Shown here piece after piece: positions 15,927-23,332 of a stretch of 32,000 nucleotides of DNA. Within the stretch, counting starts at the first letter, position 1; every line of letters starts with the position of its first letter. The notes beneath the pieces are model-generated. The model was not told the DNA's origin. It ran no database searches and was given only the letters and a program-made list of their open reading frames with translations. The DNA is from Xylanibacter ruminicola 23 (GTDB lineage: Bacteria > Bacteroidota > Bacteroidia > Bacteroidales > Bacteroidaceae). The stretch spans positions 120,001 through 152,000 of the forward strand of contig NC_014033.1 of the NCBI RefSeq assembly GCF_000025925.1, given 5' to 3'. Made by a program: the position numbers and the translations under genes.

Positions 15927-17080
15927 ATTATATATTCGATATATTAATTAAGGCCGGGGCTGATGTGGATGCCCTGAAGCTGACGTATGCTACGGCTGTG
16001 CCTTTCGTGCTGTCGGCTTTGCTGGGCTGGTTGTTCGTGCCCAGAGTGCTGCTGATTAGCCGAAAGAAGAAGCTGTATGATATTCCTGATGCCCGAAAGG
16101 TGCATAAACAGCCCATACCTCGCTTGGGTGGTATTACCTTCTTCCCGGTACTGCTGATGAGTTTCTGCTTGTCGATTGGTATCTGGATGCTAATGCATCT
16201 GTATGGTGGCTTTACGCAAGTGTATATTCTGATAGCGCGCTTTATCATGTTGGCTGTGGGTATGATGGTGCTTTACCTGACGGGTGTGGCTGATGATTTG
16301 ATAGGTGTTTCGTATAAGGATAAGTTTGTGGTGCAGATATTATGCGCTTTGCTGTTCCCCTTATCGGGCTTGTGGATACATGATTTGTCGGGCTTGTTCT
16401 GGCTGCACGAGATACCTGCTTGGATAGGTATGCCGCTTACCGTATTCCTGGTGGTTTATATTACCAATGCCATTAACCTGATAGATGGCGTGGATGGACT
16501 GGCATCGGGTTTATGCTCTATTTCGCTCTTTACTTTGGGTATGGCTGCTGCCATTAAAACGCAATATCTGTTCTGCATGATTTCGTTTAGTATGCTGGGC
16601 GTGCTGCTACCTTTCTGGTTCTATAATGTGTTTGGCAATGCCGAAAAAGGCAAGAAGATATTTATGGGTGATACGGGTAGCTTAACGTTGGGCTATCTGC
16701 TGAGTTTCCTATTGGTATATATGGCCAGTCTGGATAAGATGGGATTCCCTAGAGGTATGTTGCTGATGGGCTTCTCGACTATGATTATCCCGTTGATGGA
16801 TATTCCGCGTGTGATGATGGCTAGAGTGCGTGAGGGTAGAAATCCGTTTACGCCTGATAAGAATCATATCCACCATAAGCTGATGCGAACAGGTATGAAG
16901 CCATTCTGGACAATGGTTACGCTTTTAGTTGTAACCGTTTTCTTGATTGCCTTTACCGTAATTACAGTGAAGTTAGAGGTGGATAAAACGCTGATTCTGG
17001 TGGTTGATATCTTGTTAGGTGTAATGCTTCATCTGATTATCGATCACTTTATAGCGAAGAAAGAAAAGCAAAAGAAATAA
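15920..17080 (+). CDS. WecA/WbpL/MraY-family polyprenyl-phosphate HexNAc-1-phosphate transferase, paralogue 2
   Basis: Motifs VADDLIG, NAINLIDGVDGLASG, MGDTGSLTLGY and DKNHIHHKL. Its ATG overlaps the stop of paralogue 1 (ATGCTGA). Confidence 0.85.
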   Translation: MLNYIFDILIKAGADVDALKLTYATAVPFVLSALLGWLFVPRVLLISRKKKLYDIPDARKVHKQPIPRLGGITFFPVLLMSFCLSIGIWMLMHLYGGFTQVYILIARFIMLAVGMMVLYLTGVADDLIGVSYKDKFVVQILCALLFPLSGLWIHDLSGLFWLHEIPAWIGMPLTVFLVVYITNAINLIDGVDGLASGLCSISLFTLGMAAAIKTQYLFCMISFSMLGVLLPFWFYNVFGNAEKGKKIFMGDTGSLTLGYLLSFLLVYMASLDKMGFPRGMLLMGFSTMIIPLMDIPRVMMARVREGRNPFTPDKNHIHHKLMRTGMKPFWTMVTLLVVTVFLIAFTVITVKLEVDKTLILVVDILLGVMLHLIIDHFIAKKEKQKK

Positions 17081-17082
17081 TA

Positions 17083-17108
17083 AATCCCCAGCCGAGCGGC
17101 TGGGGATT
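17083..17108. terminator. Bidirectional terminator hairpin between convergent genes
   Basis: AATCCCCAGCC-GAGC-GGCTGGGGATT, a perfect 11-bp stem. A T-rich tract follows on the minus strand. Confidence 0.6.
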
Positions 17109-17112
17109 ATTG

Positions 17113-18966
17113 TTAGTTCTCGTAGTCAATCTCGTGGTCGAGTTTGGAGAGGAAGTCTTCGTAAACGTCCTGTTCGACGTCGCCCATCTGGAATTCTTTT
17201 TCGGCATCCTTGCGGATCTCGGCAATCCAGGCGCGGCGGGCTCTGACGTAGTCCTCACGAATGCGCTCACAGGCGGCCTCGTCGAGTTCTTCGAGCTGGT
17301 AGTAGTCCAGAATCATCTGATAACTCCATGCCCAGCGGTAATCGCTGTAGTTGTTGTTGATCTCAACAAAGCGGTCGAGTACATCGTGGATATTGTCGAT
17401 GTTGCCATTTTTGATGTCCTCAACCAAGCGCTGCTCCTCGCTCTCGGGCAGCAGCAGTCCGCTCATGTCAATCCAGCGGCCCTGGCCTGTGGTGCTCACG
17501 GGCTTGCCAATATAACCCTCCTTCTGGGCACGCTTCAGTACGGCTCCCATATAGATGCGCAGGGCGATATCGTAGTACTTTAATCCCTTACGCAACGAGG
17601 TGGCATTGATGACATACTCGTGGAAGTTATAGGTAGTGACGTTATCACCCGATGCATGGCGCAGGTCCTTCAGAATCTGGATACCCTGCATAATCTCACC
17701 TACGGTGAAAGGTGAGAGCCAGTCGAAGTTGATGATACTCTTACGCGACTGCTTAGAACGCTTATCACGTTTGGGCCATTTCTTGATATCACGATACAAT
17801 CCCACGGTGGTGATGTTACGACCTGGTACCAGATAGCAATCGTCGCCATAAGCCAACAGGTAGCTGAATGGCAGATTGCGGGTGTCGGGGTGGTGCATCA
17901 GCTTACCAAAGCACACCGAGAAAGCACCGATAGTGGCAGGCATCAGCACGTAAGCACCCGAGGCGGTCTTGGTGCCGCGCTCCAGCGTACCATAGTGCAT
18001 GGGGCCCATCTTATAAGCGTGGTTTGAGAAGTTGGTGTTAGAGCCAGCGTTATAGAACGAGAACTCGCCACCAATCAGCAGCGAACTCTTATGGTGAGAG
18101 GCTGAGAATGGGCCGCAGAAAGCAGCACAAGCCTCGCCATTGGCCATGAACGAGTTGGCAAAGAAAAGCGATGCCTCGGCGGTAAAGCCATTGGTAATCT
18201 GACAGGCCTCGCCTACGAAGCAATCCTGCATTTTTACTGAGTTGTTGATTGAGCAACCATCACAGATAATCGAATTTTCGCAGATAACACCTGTGCCGAT
18301 AAACACAGGGGCATCCATTGAGCTCATCACCGTACACTCTGAAAGGCGTGCTGCGCCACTAATCTCGCAGTCGCCTTTGATGATGGTGTTGGTGATATCC
18401 TTGGCATTGATAATCTTTACGTTGTTACCGATATAGCCGCGGTCGGGGCGCGAAACACGCAGCTCGTCCTCGATCATCTGCTGGAGGGTTTGCTTCAGGT
18501 TCTTGTCGTTGTTATGCTTCACCATGAACGATGCCAGCTGTGAGTTCAACTCGCGGAAGATGGTGACATTGCCATCGCCCATCTCGTTGAGTACCGAGAT
18601 AACAGAACCTTCACCATAAGTGGCATCATCGGTGGTCTCAAGCGTACATATATTAGATATGTAACAGTCGTTACCGATGGTGTAGTTATTGATGTAGTTG
18701 CCAATCTTCTCGATAAGGCAGTCGTTACCTACCGTGACGTTGCGCAGGGTGGCATCGTTGATACCAGAGTGCTTGGTAAAGCCCTTGCTTACCTCGACCA
18801 TCTTGTTGAATGCGCCTAAGCGGATGTCGCCATAGAACATCACACGATGGAAATTGTACGGTTTAAAGTTCTCGTCGACTAAAACACGTTGCCAGTCCTC
18901 AGCCCAGCACACGTTGTTCTCCAAAACGTCGATTTCGTTCTGGGTTAGTTGTCTGTAATTACTCAT
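17113..18966 (-). CDS. Large left-handed beta-helix protein of unknown function (DUF4954-like)
   Basis: There are two blocks of hexapeptide-like repeats: VTVGNDCLIEKIGNYINNYTIGNDCYISNI and IIKGDCEISGAARLSECTV...ICENSIICDGCSINNSVKMQDCFVGEACQI. I chose the start MSNYRQLTQNEI at 18966. The listed 19053 start overlaps hflX. Confidence 0.7.
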   Translation of the reverse strand: MSNYRQLTQNEIDVLENNVCWAEDWQRVLVDENFKPYNFHRVMFYGDIRLGAFNKMVEVSKGFTKHSGINDATLRNVTVGNDCLIEKIGNYINNYTIGNDCYISNICTLETTDDATYGEGSVISVLNEMGDGNVTIFRELNSQLASFMVKHNNDKNLKQTLQQMIEDELRVSRPDRGYIGNNVKIINAKDITNTIIKGDCEISGAARLSECTVMSSMDAPVFIGTGVICENSIICDGCSINNSVKMQDCFVGEACQITNGFTAEASLFFANSFMANGEACAAFCGPFSASHHKSSLLIGGEFSFYNAGSNTNFSNHAYKMGPMHYGTLERGTKTASGAYVLMPATIGAFSVCFGKLMHHPDTRNLPFSYLLAYGDDCYLVPGRNITTVGLYRDIKKWPKRDKRSKQSRKSIINFDWLSPFTVGEIMQGIQILKDLRHASGDNVTTYNFHEYVINATSLRKGLKYYDIALRIYMGAVLKRAQKEGYIGKPVSTTGQGRWIDMSGLLLPESEEQRLVEDIKNGNIDNIHDVLDRFVEINNNYSDYRWAWSYQMILDYYQLEELDEAACERIREDYVRARRAWIAEIRKDAEKEFQMGDVEQDVYEDFLSKLDHEIDYEN

Positions 18967-20290
18967 AATCTTGATATAAAAAGTCGTTATAGGGGTATTT
19001 CTGCACATGCAGCTCACGTACTCGTTTATACAGAATGTCGCGCAGTGCATCAATATTATCCTTTTGTTTGGCCGAGATGAACAGGCACTCCAGGTAGTGC
19101 TGGTTCTCGCCTGTGCGAGCCATCCAGGTCTTTTCCAAATCTTCGAGTGTCATGTTCTCCTTGGTGGCAGGTGTCAGGTCGTCCTCCTCTTTTTCCACCC
19201 AGGTGTAGGCATCAATCTTGTTGAATACCAGCATGGCGGGTTTATCGGCACAGCCTAACTCCTTTAAGGTCTCCTCAACCACACGGATCTGATCCTCGAA
19301 GTCGGGGTGGGAGATATCTACCACGTGTACCAGCAGGTCGGCCTCGCGCACCTCGTCGAGGGTGCTCTTGAACGATTCAACCAGGTCGCTGGGCAACTTG
19401 CGGATGAATCCAACGGTATCGGCCAACAGGAAAGGCAGGTTATCGATGGTCATCTTACGTACGGTGGTATCGAGTGTGGCAAAGAGTTTGTTCTCGGCAA
19501 ACACCTCGCTCTTGGCCAGCAGGTTCATCATGGTGCTCTTACCCACGTTGGTATAACCTACGAGGGCCACACGAATCAGGCGACCACGGTTCTTACGCTG
19601 AGTGGTTTTCTGTTTGTCGATCTCGGCCAGGCGCTGTTTCAACAGGGTGATGCGCTGCAGAATGATACGACGGTCCATCTCCAGCTGGGTTTCACCAGGT
19701 CCACGCAGTCCTACCGAACCTTTTCCGCCACCTGAACCTGAGCCACCACCCTGGCGCTCCAAGTGGGTCCAGAGTCGCTGCAGGCGGGGCAGCATATAGC
19801 GATGCTGAGCCAGCTCAACCTGTGCCTTGGCCTCGGCGGTCTGGGCGCGCATAGCAAAGATGTCGAGAATAAGCGAGGTGCGATCCAGAATCTTAACCTG
19901 CAGTTCCTTTTCGATATTACGCATCTGCTTGGCACTCAGCTCATCATCAAAGATGACCATACCTACAGGCTGTGGGGCATTCGACTCGTCGAGCAAACCC
20001 TCGGCAAACAGCGAGGCATCCTGCTCATCCAGCCACTCATCGTAGGCATCCTGGCATTGCTTGATATATTCTTTGATTTCGAGCAGTTTACCGCTACCTA
20101 CATAGGTGGTCTGACTGGGTCCACCCACTTTCTGGGTGAAACGCTTCACGGTAACTGCACCGGCAGTATCTGCCAGGAACTCGAGTTCGTCGAGATATTC
20201 CTTGGTCTTAGCCTCGTTCTGTTCCTTGGTAATGAGTCCCACCAGTACGGCAGTCTCTGCTTTTGCTTCTGATATTACAAACTCTTTCAA
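18959..20290 (-). CDS. hflX: GTPase HflX
   Basis: G1 GYTNVGKST, G3 DTVGF, G4 NKID and the glycine-rich GGGSGSGGGKGSVGLRGPGETQLE linker. The start codon is TTG (MKEFVISE...). The stop lies 2 nt before the next gene's ATG. Confidence 0.9.
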   Translation of the reverse strand: MKEFVISEAKAETAVLVGLITKEQNEAKTKEYLDELEFLADTAGAVTVKRFTQKVGGPSQTTYVGSGKLLEIKEYIKQCQDAYDEWLDEQDASLFAEGLLDESNAPQPVGMVIFDDELSAKQMRNIEKELQVKILDRTSLILDIFAMRAQTAEAKAQVELAQHRYMLPRLQRLWTHLERQGGGSGSGGGKGSVGLRGPGETQLEMDRRIILQRITLLKQRLAEIDKQKTTQRKNRGRLIRVALVGYTNVGKSTMMNLLAKSEVFAENKLFATLDTTVRKMTIDNLPFLLADTVGFIRKLPSDLVESFKSTLDEVREADLLVHVVDISHPDFEDQIRVVEETLKELGCADKPAMLVFNKIDAYTWVEKEEDDLTPATKENMTLEDLEKTWMARTGENQHYLECLFISAKQKDNIDALRDILYKRVRELHVQKYPYNDFLYQDYE

Positions 20291-20333
20291 TGGACTATTT
20301 ACTATTTTTCTATTTTACAATTATTTTTCGGCA

Positions 20334-20341
20334 CAAAATTA
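20334..20341 (-). promoter_or_regulatory. Minus-strand -7 box (TAATTTTG) for hflX
   Basis: The plus strand reads CAAAATTA, about 44 nt upstream of the hflX start. Confidence 0.4.
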
Positions 20342-20367
20342 TAGAAAAATCTTCGCGACAGAAAAAA

Positions 20368-20396
20368 ATCCGTGTTAATCCGTGTTAATCCGTGCC
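20368..20396. repeat. Tandem 10-bp repeat ATCCGTGTTA x2 plus a partial copy ATCCGTGCC
   Basis: The sequence reads ATCCGTGTTAATCCGTGTTAATCCGTGCC, between the divergent hflX and nagB -7 boxes. Confidence 0.7.
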
Positions 20397-20415
20397 TAAA
20401 AAGAATATTTCGTTG

Positions 20416-20423
20416 TATTTTTG
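20416..20423 (+). promoter_or_regulatory. -7 box (TATTTTTG) for nagB
   Basis: It matches TAnnTTTG, 36 nt upstream of the ATG at 20459. Confidence 0.45.
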
Positions 20424-20458
20424 CACGGAAATAGAAATAAACTAAAATCAAATAGCGT

Positions 20459-21253
20459 ATGAGAGTTATTATTCAGAGTGACTATCAGAAAATGTCACAG
20501 TGGGCCGCAAACCACGTTATTAAGCGTATCAACGAGTTCAACCCAACTCCCGATCACAAGTTTGTACTGGGATTGCCAACCGGTTCATCGCCAGTAGGAA
20601 TGTATAATGCACTGGTTGAGGCTAACCGTGCAGGTAAGGTGTCGTTTAAGAATGTGATTACCTTTAACATGGACGAGTATGTTGGTTTGCCCGAGGCTCA
20701 TCCTGAGAGCTATCATGCTTTTATGGCCCGCAACCTGTTTGATCATATCGACTGTCCCAAGGAGAATATCCATATTCTGAATGGTAATGCCCCTGATTTG
20801 CAGGCTGAGTGCAAGCACTACGAGGAGATGATTAAGCAGGCTGGTGGTATCGACCTGTTTATCGGTGGTATCGGTCCTGATGGTCATATTGCCTTTAACG
20901 AGCCAGGTTCATCACTGCGCAGCCGTACTCGTATGAAGACTCTGACTACCGACACTCGTATTGCTAACAGTCGTTTCTTTGGTGGTAAGCCCGAGAATGT
21001 ACCTGCCCACGCTCTGACCGTAGGTGTTGGTACCGTGATGGATGCTCGCGAGGTCATGATTCTGGTAAATGGTCATGGTAAGGCTCGCGCTATGCAGGCT
21101 GCTGTTGAGGGTGCTGTGAACCACATGTGGACAATCTCGGCTCTGCAGATGCATGAGCACGGAATCATCGTAAGTGATGAGGAGGCTGCTGATGAGCTGA
21201 AGGTTAGCACCTATAAGTACTTTAAGGATATCGAAAGCGACCAGCTTTTGTAA
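20459..21253 (+). CDS. nagB: Glucosamine-6-phosphate deaminase
   Basis: The whole length resembles NagB: [36 protein letters not shown] and [10 protein letters not shown]. Confidence 0.95.
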   Translation: MRVIIQSDYQKMSQWAANHVIKRINEFNPTPDHKFVLGLPTGSSPVGMYNALVEANRAGKVSFKNVITFNMDEYVGLPEAHPESYHAFMARNLFDHIDCPKENIHILNGNAPDLQAECKHYEEMIKQAGGIDLFIGGIGPDGHIAFNEPGSSLRSRTRMKTLTTDTRIANSRFFGGKPENVPAHALTVGVGTVMDAREVMILVNGHGKARAMQAAVEGAVNHMWTISALQMHEHGIIVSDEEAADELKVSTYKYFKDIESDQLL

Positions 21254-21278
21254 TATTAAACATTAAACATTTAATATT

Positions 21279-23222
21279 TTGAAGAAAATATTTTTATCAA
21301 TAATGCTGGCGTCATCAGTCCTTTGTTGGGCTGATGACGTTCGTGTTTCATCACCTAACGGGAGTTTGGTGGTGACAGTGAGTGATGCAGAAGGAAAACT
21401 GAGTTATACGGCTACCCTTGATGGTAAGCAGATGTTGGCACCATCGGCCTTGGGTTTGCAAACCAGTCTGGGCGACCTGACTAAGGAATTGTCAATTGTA
21501 AATTCTCAATTGTCAACTGTAGCTAATAGCTACTCGATGCGTGGCACTAAGGCCTCGAAGGTGGATTACAAGGCCAATGCCTTGACCATCAATCTTCAGA
21601 ACAAGGATGGTGTAAAGTTCAGCATCCTGTTTCAGGTATCTGACAATGATATCGCCTACCGCTACCAGATGCCACGACAGACTATCCGTCGCCGTGAGTA
21701 CAAGCGTGTGCGTATTCTCTCAGAGGTGAGTGGCTTTAACTTCCCTGAGGGTACCACCACCTTTATCTCACCACAGATTGGCCCGGAAACTGGTTGGGAG
21801 CAGACCAAACCTTCGTATGAGGAGGGCTACTCTAACGATGCACCCATGGATAAGGCCTCGCAGTATGGTCATGGCTACATCTTCCCTGCGCTGTTCCATC
21901 TGCCTACTGGTTGGGCACTGGTGAGCGAGACTGGTGTTACTAGTGGCTATTGTGGTAGTCATCTGAGTGATTATCTGGCAGGTAGCGGCTATACCGTGGC
22001 ATATCCCGATAAGGGCGAGAACAATGGTTTTGGTACCGACTTTGCCGCTATTCCCCTGCCAGGCGAAACACCATGGCGCACCATTACCTTGGGCAGCACC
22101 TTGAAGCCAATCCTGGAGACAACTATCAGCTACGATGTGGTAGAGACCCGTTATCAGGCTTCGACTGATTACAAGGCTGGACGCTATACCTGGAGCTGGC
22201 TGATTGGTCAGGACAACTCGATTAACTACGACGATCAGGTACGCTTTATCGATCTGGCTTCGGCCATGGGCTTTGAGTACTGTCTGGTGGATAACTGGTG
22301 GGACCAGAATATCGGTCGTGAGCGTATTGCCGAACTCTCGAAATATGCCCAGAGCAAGGGTGTACACCTGCTGATGTGGTATAACAGTAATGGTTTCTGG
22401 AACGATGCCCCACAAACCCCACGCAACTGCATGAACACCGCCGTTGCCCGTGAAAAGGAGATGAGCTGGTTGGAGAGCATTGGTGTGAAGGGTATCAAGG
22501 TAGATTTCTTTGGTGGCGACAAGCAGCAGACCATGCAGCTGTATGAGGATATCCTGAGCGATGCCAATCGTCATGGTTTGCAGGTGGTGTTCCATGGTTG
22601 CACCGTGCCTCGTGGCTGGGAGCGCATGTATCCTAACTTTGTGGCTTCGGAGGCTGTGTTGGCTTCGGAGAACCTGTTCTTTGGCGAGGGCGCTACCATC
22701 AGCGAGGGCTTCGACCTGACGTTGCATCCCTTCTGCCGTAATGCTACAGCCTCAATGGACTGGGGCGGTATTATCATGAACAAGTTTATGTCGACAGATA
22801 ACAAGAGTCGCCACTCACGCAAGACTACCGATATCTTCGAACTGGCTTCGGGGATCACTATGCAGACCTCGGTACAGTGTGTAGCCATGCAGCCTAACAA
22901 TCTGCAGGAATTACCACAGTTTGAGATGGACTTTTTACGCGAGTTGCCCACCACTTGGGAGGAGACACGCTTTATTGATGGCTATCCCGGCAAGTATGTG
23001 GTGATGGCACGTAAAGCCACTAATGGCAAGTGGTACATCGCTGGTTTGAATGCCCAGAAAGAACCACTCGCACTGACTCTTGATTTGAAGGCGTTTGGTG
23101 ACCTGACTAAACTGCTTGTTGACGATAAGCAGATGCAGCCAGTACAGACAGCCTTGAAGAAAGACAAGAAGGGAAAGATAAAAGTCGTTATTCAGCCGAA
23201 TGGCGGAATGATTATTAAATAA
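21279..23222 (+). CDS. Glycoside hydrolase family 97 (alpha-glucosidase/alpha-galactosidase type), secreted
   Basis: GVKGIKVDFFGGDKQQTMQLYEDILSDANRHGLQVVFHGCTVPRGWERMYPNFVASEAVLASE is the GH97 catalytic core. Signal peptide MKKIFLSIMLASSVLCWA. The start is TTG, with no in-frame ATG before the signal peptide. Confidence 0.85.
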   Translation: MKKIFLSIMLASSVLCWADDVRVSSPNGSLVVTVSDAEGKLSYTATLDGKQMLAPSALGLQTSLGDLTKELSIVNSQLSTVANSYSMRGTKASKVDYKANALTINLQNKDGVKFSILFQVSDNDIAYRYQMPRQTIRRREYKRVRILSEVSGFNFPEGTTTFISPQIGPETGWEQTKPSYEEGYSNDAPMDKASQYGHGYIFPALFHLPTGWALVSETGVTSGYCGSHLSDYLAGSGYTVAYPDKGENNGFGTDFAAIPLPGETPWRTITLGSTLKPILETTISYDVVETRYQASTDYKAGRYTWSWLIGQDNSINYDDQVRFIDLASAMGFEYCLVDNWWDQNIGRERIAELSKYAQSKGVHLLMWYNSNGFWNDAPQTPRNCMNTAVAREKEMSWLESIGVKGIKVDFFGGDKQQTMQLYEDILSDANRHGLQVVFHGCTVPRGWERMYPNFVASEAVLASENLFFGEGATISEGFDLTLHPFCRNATASMDWGGIIMNKFMSTDNKSRHSRKTTDIFELASGITMQTSVQCVAMQPNNLQELPQFEMDFLRELPTTWEETRFIDGYPGKYVVMARKATNGKWYIAGLNAQKEPLALTLDLKAFGDLTKLLVDDKQMQPVQTALKKDKKGKIKVVIQPNGGMIIK

Positions 23223-23228
23223 TATCAA

Positions 23229-23261
23229 GGAGCATTTTTTTATTAAGAAATGCTCCTTTTT
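23229..23261 (+). terminator. Rho-independent terminator after the nagB-GH97 unit
   Basis: GGAGCATTT-(10 nt)-AAATGCTCC followed by TTTTT. Confidence 0.7.
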
Positions 23262-23262
23262 A

Positions 23263-23294
23263 TTTGCAAATGTCGCAAATAATACCTACCTTTG
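23263..23294 (+). promoter_or_regulatory. Bacteroidetes promoter (-33 TTTG, -7 TACCTTTG) for the M16 peptidase
   Basis: TTTG at 23263-23266, a 20-nt spacer, TACCTTTG at 23287-23294, then the ATG at 23333. Confidence 0.5.
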
Positions 23295-23332
23295 CGGCTG
23301 AAATAATTATTATTATCAATATTTTATTATTA

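Noticed and set aside
18967-19053. Upstream extension of the beta-helix protein ORF
   Set aside because: It would overlap the hflX 3' end by 95 nt. The ATG at 18966, 2 nt after the hflX stop, gives a family-like N-terminus.
19007-20378. Plus-strand ORFs (64-169 aa) opposite hflX
   Set aside because: They are antisense to a well-supported GTPase gene and show no motifs.
21768-22727. 319-aa ORF on the minus strand
   Set aside because: It is entirely antisense to the GH97 gene, whose sense frame carries clear family motifs. The antisense peptide shows no recognisable family motifs and its length has a simpler explanation: codon bias on the sense strand suppresses stops in the antisense frame.
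23264-23332. Upstream extension of the M16 peptidase ORF
   Set aside because: It contains the TACCTTTG -7 box. The ATG at 23333 yields a canonical signal peptide.
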